A DNA stretch of 64,000 nucleotides from Iphione sp. A-MEVVRFRX5 (Eukaryota): positions 30,938,001-31,002,000 of the forward strand of contig OZ320314.1 in the NCBI GenBank assembly GCA_976226885.1, read 5' to 3'. The position numbers and the translations under genes were made by a program. The notes under the pieces are model-generated. The model had not been told where the DNA came from, ran no database searches, and saw nothing but the letters and a program-made list of their open reading frames with translations. Shown here piece by piece: positions 9,972-24,060 of the stretch (position 1 is the stretch's first letter; each line of letters opens with the position of its first letter).

Positions 9972-12900
9972 GAGGGGGAAGATGGAAAAGAAAAAGACGA
10001 AGAAAAGGAAGATGAATAAAGAAAAAAAAAACGATCAAATATATATCACTTGGGGAAAAAACATGCTGCTTCCAACCTCGTCCGTCTAAAAAACGTGTGG
10101 AGTTGTCAGAATGGACCTTTTATTGTCCTTTTGATGTATATGGCGTTTTGATCGAACGTAGAATTCGAGGTATATAGTCATACCTGTTATAAACAAATAT
10201 CTTTTTCCAAATGGTATTTACTAAAATTCATTCAGATTTGCGTCTATGCATTGTCGTCTCCATGGAGGACGTAGGGCGTCCTTCCCTTCTTCTGCCAGTG
10301 TTTAGTTCTAATTGGATTCAAGCCTTTCTCGTTGTGATTTCCTTCTCGCCGTATCACCCATACACACAAAAGAATACGGTAGGATTTAGTTCACTCACAA
10401 CCGGTAGAAAAATATGGGCATCGATGACTAAAACTAACTATCAAGTACCTGACCAAATAATACTGTACGGATATCTATGTGATAACATGGACCTCAAGGG
10501 AAAATGGGGACCTTAAGGTTATATGATGCAGATCCAGCGAATTTGAATAGGAGCTCGAAGCACCAGGACAGAAATACAAATTTGACAGTTGGTAATGATG
10601 CCAACAATAGGTAGGACTCCGAGGCATTCATCATAGACTCATTGTGACATCGTTTTGACAATGAATGACCATTATCCCGAATTACCTATTTAGTAAGCTG
10701 TCTAGGGACCGAGAATTATTGGCATATTCCCTTCTATGAGGAAATAAGATCATTTAGGGACAGGGCCGATAAAGGAAGTTTTTATCAATAATTCTGTTCC
10801 GATGGCACGCACTGGCTAATAACGACTCTTCCCTTCTATTTCCCTGATTAAATGCAGAGGCTAATAATGGGACAGACTTTGGCTTTCGCCAATGCCAGTG
10901 AGACGATCCAGCCCCCCTGCCAATATGACAATAGTAGTATATCTAGCTTTATCAGCTCCCATATCTACGTAAGATCGTGCCTGCTTATAACATTATGTGT
11001 GTATAAATCTTGAAATATCTACTAGCTTAACAGCTTAATATCAAAGGCGCGAGCCGTTAGTGTATCGAATGGGCAAACAAGAATTCCATCCAGTTGTAGA
11101 TTGATTAATCTGCTTCCATTCGTCATTTCAAATAGGACCATCAGTGCTAGGAAATAAGATCTTCTAACCAATTTGTTCTGGAATAGGAATCAGACTGTGG
11201 CATGCCAATTTAATCAAGATTATATACGGCCTAATGTCGAAGGCAACTTGCTCTCGAAATATAACCCGCTTTTCCACCGGTGCAGTCAGACATAATTTTC
11301 AAGAGGTGTTTTCATCCAGTGTGTACTCCTTTATTGCGCCATCGTCATTCCCACCCTCGCTGTCGTCTGCCGTCATTAAAATTGCCTGCCTGCCTGACTG
11401 GAGCAATCAAGCTGAATTCTGATGAGTTCCGAGTGGGATTTTTCCCTGATAATAACGCTACAGCAAACACCCGAATGGTCTTGGTGAATGCTTGTAGCCC
11501 ATGGATGATCGATAGGGCGGTATGTGTGTGTGTGTGTGAGGGAGTGTGTGCACGTAAGGAGTTGAAATAAGTTGGCTGATGTAAAAAAAATGACTATGGA
11601 GTCCCGTCTGCATAAGTCATAAACACCCACCAGTGTGACAATTTCTCTAATCTCACATGACTTCATTTCATTGCGGTGCAAACTGCGTGCTACTTGCTGA
11701 TGGCAGTGAAGTAAATAGAGGGTTATCCACCTCCCAGATTAAGTCGAAATACAGAAAAGTCCTCACTAGGACATTATGAAAACTTGTCTTGTGTATTTGG
11801 TCAGTGCCACCAAGGTTTCTACGGAGAAAATACCTTTAAAACATAGACACTAGTGAGGAAAAAAAACGACAGTGAAACTATAACTTGCATTCATTCTGAA
11901 AACAAAATGTGAATTAAACAGGACAGCGAAACATATCTTTAATGATTGCTAATATTAGGTTGCTTTAAAATTATATGTCGTATATCAACAGGTAGGTCCT
12001 TGCTCATACTTTCCAGCTGTAGTGAGATACATGCACAAAAAGAAGGCTACAAACCGTTATGCTAGCCAAAGCTGGTCTTTGTATTAGTTAGTACGGATAA
12101 CATTGGTGGAATGAACTGTTTACACATTAAAAATATTCATGTTCATTGAGTTTGTTCTTGTGAATTGGAGCTCTATGCTCTACAGAAAACCCAGGACGTA
12201 TTATTCACGTCGACGGTATTTACATTCTTCACTAAAATGGAGAACTACCCTTATCTGAAGAGGAGGTGGCTCAAGTGTCCTCTAAATGCCTGTGAACAAG
12301 TTAAAAGGTTCTCCCCTTATCTAAGATAGCCATAATACTTAACAGTAATGCAACCCCCCGTTCTTGCCGTACCAGGGCGAAACAAAGTTGACAAATGAGT
12401 TTCAACGAACAGATTCATATAGTGGAATGCCATTACTGCTACGAGTACGTTGTGTTTTCGAGTTGGGCATTCAAGCTGCTCGTTTTGAAATTCAGTGTGT
12501 AACAATGACATGACCCAATTAATATCATATTTCACTTACCAAATCAATGACACTACCCAAGAGTTGCACGTATCGATGTAAAATGCTTTACCTCATACAC
12601 ACTCACTTTTTTTACCTTCATTTGGTGATTATGAGTTGAAGTCAAATGCTAAAGCTACTATTCGAAGAGTCTAGCAAAGAAGATGGACATCAAATGTCCA
12701 TTGCTCCTGAGTTCGTCTCGAGTTAGCGTTGTCACAGACGGCAAAATCACTCTTTCACGCCTACAAATGTACTGTAGATCGAACGGCACATTACCGCAAG
12801 GAACATTGGCGTCTAATGGGTCTGGCGCTGACTAAGCATCTTCGGGACAGTTAACAAGATGAAGAAATTGGGTTTCATTTGCAGGCAGTATTGCCTCTGA

Positions 12901-15900
12901 CATACCGCCAATCAGCAGAGCAGTGCGGAATATCACCGTTAGCGAGGAGAGCCAGCTAATTGTCCCGCACCTAACATAGTCGGAGGGAATATAGCTGGGC
13001 CAGGTGTCACAAATAGATGGAAGTGACATTGTACAGGCGATGAAACAGATAAAGTCAATAAGAACAATTCATAAACACCTGTAGTGCTCCTATCACAACA
13101 AGAACAGATTCATGAATAATGAAAGATAATAAGAAGCCAACTTTATGAAGACGAAGAGAGAGGCAAAAATCACGACAAGTAATCGATACATGGGGAAAAA
13201 CATGAAATATGAAATCTGTATAGTGTTTAGCTATTTTCAATTGTTTCACTGCAACTCCATCTTTAAAATCTTTCAAATATTAATAGCAAAGATAACATTA
13301 TACATTCATTTATTTAAGTTGAACGGTAGTATAAACCCGATTTGTAATTTATCAAGTAATAGTCATTTCTCATTACAGCATGACTCAGCAAGATTTTATT
13401 CGTAGCCATAGCGGACTGTGCTTCTCTCGCTCTCTCTCGGCGCGCACGTGAAGACCCCCGATAGTGGGGTGGAGAGAAAAACGACCGCTTTCTGAGTAGC
13501 ATATTGATCGTTGCCTGGTGTGGCAGCCTTTTCTATCCTATCGAACCAAAAACTCCCAGAGGTATCACTGGAAAAATATTTTGTCCTGTGACAGAACATC
13601 AAACAGTGGTCAGAAAGTGCCACACTTAACCGTTAAGGCATCTGTGGAATCTGAAGTGGGAATTTCCCATGGGAATACATTAGGCTGAATGACAGCGGGG
13701 GGCTTATTCTCTTCTACCCTACTATAGTGTCAGGCAAATCATCCTCATTCTACCATTCAAAACAAGGATGTGGCTTTGATCACACATCGGGCTATTAAAT
13801 AAAGCCACCTTCTTATACACCCATTTATCATATTCCACGATCACCCACTGGCTATCTCTTTGAGATGAAAAAAAAACTTTCGAAAGGGAGCCCCCCACCC
13901 TTTTTGCTGTGCATGGTGGCGTTCATGTTCAATACTGGGTAGCATAGAGATACCCCGGGCGGAAAAGGCCATCTATGTGGAGTCACTACCCGGGTCGGTG
14001 TCGACAAGATCCAATACCATCAGAACGATATCCCATGGGTCAGGAGAAGACTGGGCAGCTCTAGCACGAGGTTAACAGCATCGCCGGGTCTCCTTTATGA
14101 TGACTGTAACCACCAACCCCCCCCCCCCCTTTTACTTGGAAACCTCCCCGGTGATCATTTTTCGGCGTTTTCACGCATTCTGTGTAGATAAAAACAAAAC
14201 ATATCTAATGTGGTAGTTCTTACACGTAGAGTGATCGATAGAGTTTCAAAGTTGTTTCCAAATGCTAAAATCTCGAATACCAATGTTTCACTCCAGCCAC
14301 ATTTTGAGCAGTTCTCTCACGAATCTCGAGGTATATAACCGATGAATGGACATGGTCCGATGACGAAATAAATCCGATGCGTAATGGATTTGGTCCAGTA
14401 TAAGATGTGAACACGTTAGGATATGATCCTTGGCTGATAACATGGTGAAACAGCTCTATGTAAGGAGTTGCTCCTGTAAATGATAACCTGCCACTGTGAA
14501 GGATATGGTCCTTTCAAAGTCAAACTGTAACAGAACATAGGAAGATGATGCTAGTGGAAGTATAAATGAATACGATATGACTCAATTGCCCCCATGGTTA
14601 TTAGATAGTTAGGTGAATATGTTGTTATGAAGGGCACACTGAATTATTATCCATTAGTAGAGTGTGCCGAATAACCAACCAGATGATATTGTTGGATGAT
14701 GGTCTGTATAGAAGGGACTTTATATCCTTTTTTCAGTTTTTTGAGTTCGTCTACTGTACTAACAAATGTTCAGTTATGTTATGTTATGTTATGTAGAAAA
14801 TGGGCCTAATGCTGGTTTAAAATGCTCTTGGATGCACGTAATATTACCAGTTGAAATAAAGAATAATAGTAATAAAAAATAAATAATTCACCCTCACTCT
14901 GGGGTGTATATTTATATATGCATATAAACATTGTAGTTTCGTGGGTAGCATTCTCTGTATACACGCCTACAGGAAATTCGCTCATTTCCAGATGCATGAA
15001 AGATAGCTTTGTAAATGGTATGGAACCACAATGCCGCTTCACGCCTTGCCAACTAACGAAATTAACTAGACTTCTATGCCAGGACACATTAAGGACGGGG
15101 GAAATTAAGCAGGGGCGGTAACTCAATCGACCATCCATCAGGTACTAATGCAAACACGCGAAGTAAGTGTATATAACCTCTTTAGTGAGGTATACGTACA
15201 AACATCCAGCGATAATACGACCTTTGAAGGTCATGCTTATTGCACACCCTTTTAGTGCTAGACGTAGGCATAATTCAATATCTTTCGAGTTGAGGAGTAA
15301 TAAGGAAAGATGAGAGGTCTCCAAGTGAGTCACTCTATCTTGGATGAGGGGAGCTATTATGGGACATTTCATACATTGCCTCGCTCCAACTCGGCCTTCG
15401 AACAGAAGGACTTATAGTGGTCTGCTCGTCTGGTTTTCCTTACAGTTGATGGAGTGGGCCTCCCAGTGTAACGGACACCACAGACACCAACTCTAAATCT
15501 ACACGACGACACCAGTTCGATGGTAAAGTGCTAAGGATGTACAGCAAAGATAAATGGTGCACAAAACAGTAGTTTACACGGCATCTTGTATTTCTTGGTT
15601 GCCCTGTACGTATTACGACAACTGCATGAAACTGGGCATCTTTCCTAATCAGCCCCTAAAAATAATACAGGAAGGTATTAATACTAATTCAAGTCAATAA
15701 CATGTTATGATAAAAGTTCAATTTATGATGTACAGCTAAAAAGGGCACATTCTACCTCAGTCAATTGACTGAAATATAAGTGAACTATAAAGAAAAAAGC
15801 GAACATTTTTTTTCTGGACTGGTCTTTTTATACAGTCGAAACTCATTATTCAGAGTACCTCCATTCTTTAAATTTTTGTATGGTTAAGGATAATTCTGCA

Positions 15901-17216
15901 TGTCCAAATTACTACTCAAACATCTCCTGGTGGGGGAAATGCATAATAGTAAACGTACAACCATTTAAGTCAAAAGTAAAGTAATTAAGTATTTTAGTCA
16001 CTCTGGCTTGTTTGTTGTATGTTTACGAGGTTGCAGCCCACATCTCGCACTTATGTAATGGTCGCCCTATGCTGTCAATACACATGCTAATGGTCGGTTT
16101 TCCCTTTGTTCTACCTCGTCCAATTAACTGTGACTATTTCATATATGAATGAATGAATGAATGTTTTATTGAGCTTCTCCATACATACAGAGTTTTCACA
16201 GGCCAATGGTGCAGAACACAAACCGTAAAACACAAGTCATCTACAGCTAAGATGTCATAAGCAGTAGCTATAAATTGTGTATAAATGACTTCAAAAATAC
16301 TCGTGTTACATAGTACAACGGATAGTGTTAAATAATTGGTAATTTTGTTAAGGTCTATTTGATGAGAACATCCGGTTATTGCAACTCTGGTATATGAAGT
16401 TTGACTGTATACACGTACACACACAACCTTTGATGCTCCTCGTACCCAGATATTAACGTTGAAAACATTCAGTTAAGACTCTGATAAAGGCTTCTTCAGA
16501 AGACAATTTAATGGATGCTCATTGTCACTTATCTGATGCAAAAGTGCCCGCAAGTAATATTTCATAGAAAACTAATAATCTGTATGCAATACTCTAGACA
16601 TATCAGCGTGGTCTGGCAACCAGCCTTCCACCCCTTATCTAACTACTATATAATGCCAATACTCTTCAATTTCCAAGTGTATAGTAGAAGTTCTGCCGGC
16701 CTCATTTTACGGTCTATACTCTGGAGACTTCTCTACTTGATTATCACTGATTAGCATCACTTGTCACTATTAAACATCTGAACAGACAAGTCCTGAACTG
16801 ATTGCCTCTATTACAACTTTAGGTTAATTTCCTCCGTGGGAGTCCATACCTAATCCTCGGGATAAAAAAACAATTTATAAATTCTTTATACATACATCTA
16901 CATACATTACATAAATACATTTGATGATGTGTTGTGCGAGTTCACCTTTCTAGCTTTCAATTCGTTTTACACAGGGAGGGTTGATCATTCATCCGGGTCG
17001 GATATTATTCATTTTTCCATTTGTTGTTGAGCCTGGGATACACTGCTATAAACCTCATCACTCTTTTGTAAGCCTTGGGGATTGCAGTGCACACTCGTTA
17101 CCATTAAATTTCCCGGCCTTAGTTAGTACACATGGGCATATCCATGTAGAAGATGGGCATATCCATGTAGAAGAAGGATTTTGACGGTTTGTGCACCACT
17201 TAACGTCTGGTTACCA

Positions 17217-17528
17217 GTGGTGTACACTACATTTAAAAAGATCATAACGAGTGAATGTAGACGTCCGATGGTAATTGTTAATAATTAACATTGGATGTCA
17301 TGACTGACATAATAGTTACCATCAGATGTCATGACTGAGATAATAGTTACCATTGGACATCATGACTGAAACTATGACGTCATGACATCCGATGGTGATA
17401 ATTATTTCAGTCATGATGTCCGATGGTAACTATTATTTCAGTCATGATGTCCAATGTTAATTATTAACAATTTCCATCGGACATCTACATTCACTCGTTA
17501 TGATCTTTTTAAATGTGGCGTACACCAC
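17217..17528. mobile_element. About 310-bp foldback/MITE element with long inverted arms and internal ~31-bp repeats
   Basis: The left arm gtggtgtacactacatttaaaaagatcataacgagtgaatgtag... is nearly the exact reverse complement of ...ctacattcactcgttatgatctttttaaatgtggcgtacaccac. The interior consists of (ccatcggacatcatgactgaaataatagtta)-like units in opposite orientations. Confidence 0.88.
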
Positions 17529-20500
17529 ACATCACGATATGCTACCACCAGGTTCGTAAATCTGCTCTGTCTACAGGGCACATGAAGCAGACACACCGCG
17601 ATGGCTTCATCACAGACTCGGTTGCTTTGCTTTATATACTCGATGAAAAAACCTAACTCATTTGAAGATAAACGAAATCATATTGCAATATAGAATGTTG
17701 TTGCCACTAAGACCGGCATTTAGTAAGCAGATACCTACTCTAATGGCAGCCAACATGGAGGGGCAGCTGGTATCAGATACCTCACGGCTCGAACGTAGAT
17801 CAAGTTAAACCTCTACGGAAGACTCGCGTAGTGATCATCCCGTGGGTGGGGCGGTGTCGTCAGACGCTGGGTTCATTGGGTGTTACGTGACATTAAACAC
17901 AATGGAATATGACCCTACATATAATATTTACCGTAGTGCAGAGTGAAACTCTAATGTTCAGGAAACATGCCATTCCCAGAGGCTTGTTCACCTTGTAGGC
18001 ACGGCTCCGAATGGTAGTTTTATTTTGTAGCGGTAGGGCCATAGAGACAATTTTCAGAAATGTATGTGTGTTTACCAAGGTATAAACTTAACTACAAAAG
18101 ACACATACGGTACAACATATCAGCTATAGTCCCTCTTCTCGCTTTGATAAATGCATGGTTCTTAAAGGGACAACCTGTATTTCTATTTGACTTGTTGGTA
18201 TTGATGTAAATAAATCCTACAAACGCTCATTAAAAGATATTTACAGGGACACGAACGTGTCCGCATAAGGCTGTATGACAACTGAACTGAATGGTACAAT
18301 TTTGTCGGGCATATCTTGACGTTAAAGGAAACCTCGGAAACACCATCGAGCGTTGTCCGCGTTTACTCCATGTGGTGCAGGGAAAATCATGCACCAAGGG
18401 ATTGATTATCAAGCATAAATTCGCCATTTCTAGGAGGCGGACCGCCTCAGCTTGCCTGTAGGAATGCCCAGATCAAGTTGCCTTGTGTTTACATTCTTCC
18501 CGACTCGTGATCAATCGTCGAAACTGTTGGAAATCTGCATCGGGTGAAAAGACTGCGTCCATGAAGTAAACACTATACTGAGATTTCTGCACGAAGTCGC
18601 AGAGAATTGCACACCAGGGTACTTTAGCAATGACGCTTATGCAATTTATGAAATAACAGATTCAAAGTCCCTTGGGTAGTGTTAATACTTAGATTGTTCC
18701 TTTTCTTTCTTAACGCTTATTCATGAGATTTGAGGAAAATGTTTATCACGAATTTACAAAGAAACCGTAGCGGATCGAACATTTCAACGAGGAAACTAAG
18801 GTACTATCGTAGAATAAAAAGTTTGTTTTTATAATTCAACCGAGCATTGGACTGTACTACTGCATGCTTTTTGTCACTAGAGCTTAAGATTATAACAGGA
18901 ACGGTAAACATTATGGAAAGGCTTCGTTCTAGAATCACCTGAGTCCTACACTGTGCAGTCCCTTACCGTATCGCGTGTCTTCTTCCAGATGAACCCTATG
19001 AACTGCAAAATTAGTTCATAATTTTCTCGACGCATCCAACTCCGCTTTTTTTTTTTAAACTTGGACAAGGCACTGCCATGGCCACTGTGGCACCCCTCGG
19101 GAATATCATTTTTACAACAGAGATAACACAAGTGTAGATGTAGTTCATCTGCAAAGGTTATTATGTGTCCAGAGGATTCCAGAGATCGTCAGAGACTGAG
19201 TGTATATATGGCGAGGCCAAATCAGCCGGCTCTGTGTGTTTTATAGGAGGACGGGTCGACATTCATGACCGTCCGCCATCGGTCCGGACACTGGATGCAT
19301 AACACCCACGCCAACGAGCCACTAGTCATTTACGTCCGTTCTATGAATCAGTTGGGGGGGGACAAGGTCTAGATCCACAGTAAACTGTCTCTACGAGCAC
19401 ATCAGCTTTGGTGATAGCCATGAGAATAACACGCTGGGAAAATCGATCTCCAAAAGTACATCGAATCATCCCATGACCAGCTCGCTAAAGAGTGCCTTTT
19501 CTCTACAGAATGGGACCTGTGGTATGATGTGGGGGGGCTATACCAGAGACGAATAGCCCAGAGTAGCGTCACGTCCTCGGTATACAGGAATCAAAGATTC
19601 ATGAAAAGGTAAGTCTTTCGATAATACCTCCTTTTCCATCTTTTGATAGCTAAAAGGACGTTCGGACGAGAAAGGACGCTTCATGTCCCCAGAGTCCACT
19701 TAAACACATTGAAACGCCCTGACCTTTTCCACTCAGGCCGGTTTTGCAATATGTTAAGGAGAACAAAATCATCAACGTTGTCTTTGAAAGCTTCTCATAA
19801 GAGATGCTTTATGCTTTCATGCGGAGACTTAAGTGATCGTGTATTCGCGTTCGAATTTCTCAAGGGCACTCGTCAAAGACCCAGGTGGAGACCTATTTGT
19901 CCCGGCGGTGACTGCAACTCTTTCAGCAGGAGAGCAAAACCTTACCCAAGAGACAGATTCAAATCCATCAAATAAAAATAGTGGCTTTGACAACATCGCT
20001 CAGCTAAGAACTTGAACAGTGTGATTTCCAGGGCTTTTATCTTTTACCTGTTGGCACATGCAGTTCGATTTCTCCGGTTGAAAGCAGGTGTGTCAAGGGT
20101 TATGCTCTTAATTTATCCGCATACCAATGATTCTTCAAGGCTAAAGGAGGCGGATCTTACTCAAAAGTTTTAGCTGGAAACGGTCAAAGGGACCCCGAAG
20201 TCACATATTTTGAATGTCATTCCAAAGACGTAAAACACGGTGCATGTGATTTACATGTCAGAAATTCTAGAAAGTTTAATATGCAAACTGAATAGAAAAC
20301 AACTTTCTGTTTCTTTGTACGAGTAACAGACAGCACAACAATCTTCACTTCTGAACATTAAATGTTTCATAACATGGACAAGCCTGGCTTGATAAAAACG
20401 TTTGAAAAAAGCTGTTATCCTGCTTTATAAAAACAGAAACATGTTTATTCGTAAGTATTCGATAAAGACAGTAAAATTTCTCCAACACGAGGAGCCTTCC

Positions 20501-22266
20501 AATGCAGCAAATGAAATCAATCTTGGTTATATACAGCCTTACAACTTTATGTCATGTTTAGATAATGCAAATAGTAAAATTAACACATCATGCTTAATTG
20601 TTACTTGAATGGCTCGTTTCAGTATAAGTAGGGTGTTTTCACTCATGACAATCTGACGTCCCTTTAGTAGATTAATCAATGATCTGAAAAATCAAAATAA
20701 GGAAAAACAAATGTCGTCCCTTTCAAATTTCTTGAAATTGAAGCCAGAGTGAACTCATGCTTATCTATTTTCTTTTCTACTAGGCCTTGCTAAGCAGATG
20801 TGAATGACAATCCCAAATTAAAGATGAATTATTTGAGACACGTAATGCTTGTCTCTTCTCCTCCTTGCTGTCAACGCTTGTAAAATTGAAATTTAATTAA
20901 ACAAATTGATAAAACGGTAAAAGCATGCATACAGCCAGTCATTTTTACCTGAGGTCACGTTACAGTATATGTTTTATTATTTGAACGTCTTCCATTGGAG
21001 ATCTTCATTACTGGTAGAAACTCTGTCAATTCTCCCATATTTCAGCTTAATAACCATTAACGCTAATTGACAACACTTCATCGTGGATACAGAATTACAA
21101 TTTAACATCACAACTATACACTCTAGTCTTTAACACGGTGGTCTTGGTAGTCATGGTTACCTACAATGAATAAGATATGTTACCCATATACGAATATCAG
21201 CTGATAAATAAGACCTCAGCGAGAGGCAAACTCTGGCTGATATATCCTGTCTTCTGATTTAGTTAATCTGTATTTTGTGGTCTTCCTTAGCAAAATTCTA
21301 AAAAATATATATTTCCACAAATTTGAGGCAATGCCATCCCCGATTTAACGAAGGCAATTACGCATCCGTCGCCATTTCAGTCTTGTAGAGCTAGATGATG
21401 AGGTTTAGACATTTCCCTCGAGGGCAGCCCACAGTCAAAGTGCCACATATAGGCAGGGCATGGATAGTTGCAATCAGTATAATAGACCCCCAACCCTCAG
21501 ATGCGTCACTAGCGGCGCTAGTGGTGGTCGAGGAAACGGAGGTCCCCCTATTGACACATGGACTCGGACGTCTACCAGATTCTCAGTCAATGAGGAGGAG
21601 AATTCGCACGACGGCAGAAATTTGTATGAAACCCTGAGCTGGGGACTGAAGTTTTTAAAATTGCCATATCCAACGGAAAGTAAGATATACAATCAAGCAA
21701 TTCACATTTAAAATATAGTCGGTTTTTTTATTTTGATGAAAGCCGTTAGTTTACATGGGCAAGGTCTGTCTGTATGCACAATTTGTCTAAACGACGAGTC
21801 ATAAACATCTTTTATTTGATATGATATATAAGGTTATTCCTAGATACAATGTATATCCATGCTACCAGCCCACCTACTTTGTCCTGTGCTCCTCTTCCCT
21901 TCTTCACCATTATGGGCGGTATGAAATGTATCCATCGCACTACCAGCCCACCGCTAGTTGCCCACCGTAATGCACATGCCTTGATGGCTTCGGCAAGCGT
22001 ACTTCCGGCTGTTTCAACATTTTCCGGCAGATGGCGAAAGGTGGCTTACATCGATCGAAAATGTGTCGGAATCCTGCACTCAGCCCAACTTTAAAATGTA
22101 ACCCCTACCTTGACTTAGGGTCCTTACCTGCGTTGGTGTCCGTCAGGCTGCGTTATGCTTCCATGTACGTTAGTATGTGTTTTACATGCTTTTTCTCTTA
22201 ACGCAACCTCATGGATAGGGGTCTATTGAGATTCATTTTTGCTGCTTGAGAGCTGCATCAAAAAGT

Positions 22267-22518
22267 ATAAACACTGGGTTGGTTTCCTTACCTTATCAGT
22301 GTGTTGCCATGCGTTGCCTTGTGTTAGTGGCAAATTTACAGTCCTGGTCCGAAAACGAGCAATGCTTGGCAACGCATGGCAATGCACACAGACACCTCAT
22401 GCATACAAAAGACACCCTACACTGATAACCTATAGCCCATTAAAAACGCATGGCAATTCATGGCAATACACATGGACACCAATGTAGGTAAGGAAACCGA
22501 CACTTAGGGGGTGTTTAT
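22267..22518. mobile_element. Degenerate ~250-bp inverted-repeat (MITE-like) element
   Basis: A perfect 13-bp inverted repeat ggtttccttacct (22281-22293) pairs with aggtaaggaaacc (22486-22498). An outer pair ataaacac/gtgtttat and an inner pair (22299-22318 with 22368-22389) are built from ~10-bp catggcaa subrepeats. Confidence 0.6.
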
Positions 22519-23269
22519 GCAGACCAATTAAGGAAAAGTAACGTTCGTATGGTGATTTAGGTTTGACGTCATGGCAGTAATACAAATAGAAACGTGTGCT
22601 TGCATACTTTCCTCTATTACAGATGTAGAAATCAATCGAATTCTTTCTAGCATTTCACATGGAACGGGGAAAGGTTGGCGTTGAGGCTGGTTTCGTTGTA
22701 ATGATGGATACTGCCGACCTGCCACTGGCTCTTGAGACTTATTTAAAAAACAAACGTGATAGATAGAGGAAGACTTAATAGCAAAACAATGAGATATAAA
22801 TTGATGATAATGAACATAGCATGGAATGATGAGAAGAGTGGATGAAGAACAAACAAAATCAAGCAATATACCAAAAGGTTTTCTCCCATTCCACAAGAAA
22901 CAATTGCGTTTTAAGACACAATGTGTGAATAATACATGTACTTTATGCACTAGGTATTCTCTGGATCAGATACCAAACCAGTAGTGCATCTAATGATGGA
23001 GAAACAATTGTATTCTGAACTGCTTGTAGGTGAAGCATACCAGCATTTGTGTACATGACGATGTAACACCTGCTACGACTTTGGTCTTTTTGCCCTCCTT
23101 TTCATTGACGAATAGAAGCATTCCTAAGATTATATTCTCTAATTTCTGAAGGAAGTAATTTGAAATTAGGAAGTGTATTTCGAAAGCTAGTCTTTTATGA
23201 ATTTATTTAACTGTAAGGTTCTAAAGACCAGGCATCAGAATTATGGCTATTTACTCTCGTTACATAAGT

Positions 23270-24060
23270 AAAGTAGTACGATGTTTTGCACAGCAAATTT
23301 GGGAACTTCATCATATTGGTCGTAGCTTCGCTTTCTACTACATGCGCTTTTTGTTGATGCACGATCATACTACCGCAGATTGCATTAAAAAAACATGCGA
23401 CAAGCATAACCTTATGTTCTCGTCACTAGGTAACACTGTCAAAGAACAGTCAAAACCTCACAACTGGGGACATATGAGACAAGGGAAACCTCAGACTCTA
23501 ACGCTTTTTTTATTAGAAAAGAAAACATATTTGGCTAAACAGCGTCATATTTTCGCTAAACACAGTGCTATCCAGCTGGAGCCATCTCCTACATGGAGAC
23601 ACTGGCAATGGCAACCAGGCATGTACCCAGTTGTGAGGTTCTACCGTATATCTCTATCCCTGATAAAGTCACCGAATAATTCGGCATGCACCTCTGCGTG
23701 TAGGGAGTTGAGCGCCGTCAAGGAAGTAGAAGTTGACTGTGCTGGCCTACATGAAATTATGAGAATATTTGAAATACTCAGCCGCCTGAATATCGTGCTT
23801 ACGTACTCAGAGCACTTACGGAAATAATGTATTTGACTGAACAGACGTGGAGAATGCGTGACCAATGCAATGCCTAACTGAAACCGTGCCGATCTGTTAC
23901 CGAATGGTGCTCGATCAACAGGCCATGTAATTTGCATCACATGCTCGTGGTAATCATGAAATGCCATTGGAGTTCTTTGGAAATGGTTCGTTTGAGTCTC
24001 AGGCCTACAAATCCATGGACAGTAATATTGACGGTGGCAAGGTTCTGGTTTTAGTTTCAT
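23270..24060 (-). mobile_element. Possible highly degenerate Gypsy-type integrase fragment
   Basis: Weak motifs occur in the expected order across stops and frameshifts: RQYYCPWI, APF, IHYFRKCSE, ELFGDFIRDRDIR*NLTTGYMP, CLAKYV, and SYDQ...PKFAVQNIVLLY. This is recognition by eye only. Confidence 0.35.

Noticed and set aside
16975-17067. 93-nt plus-strand open segment with AG/GT ends
   Set aside because: The exon side of the donor is weak (TTT|GT), there is no homology, and no partner exon was found.
23243-23827. 194-aa plus-strand ORF
   Set aside because: No recognisable domain and no splice context; the opposite strand looks like a decayed integrase.
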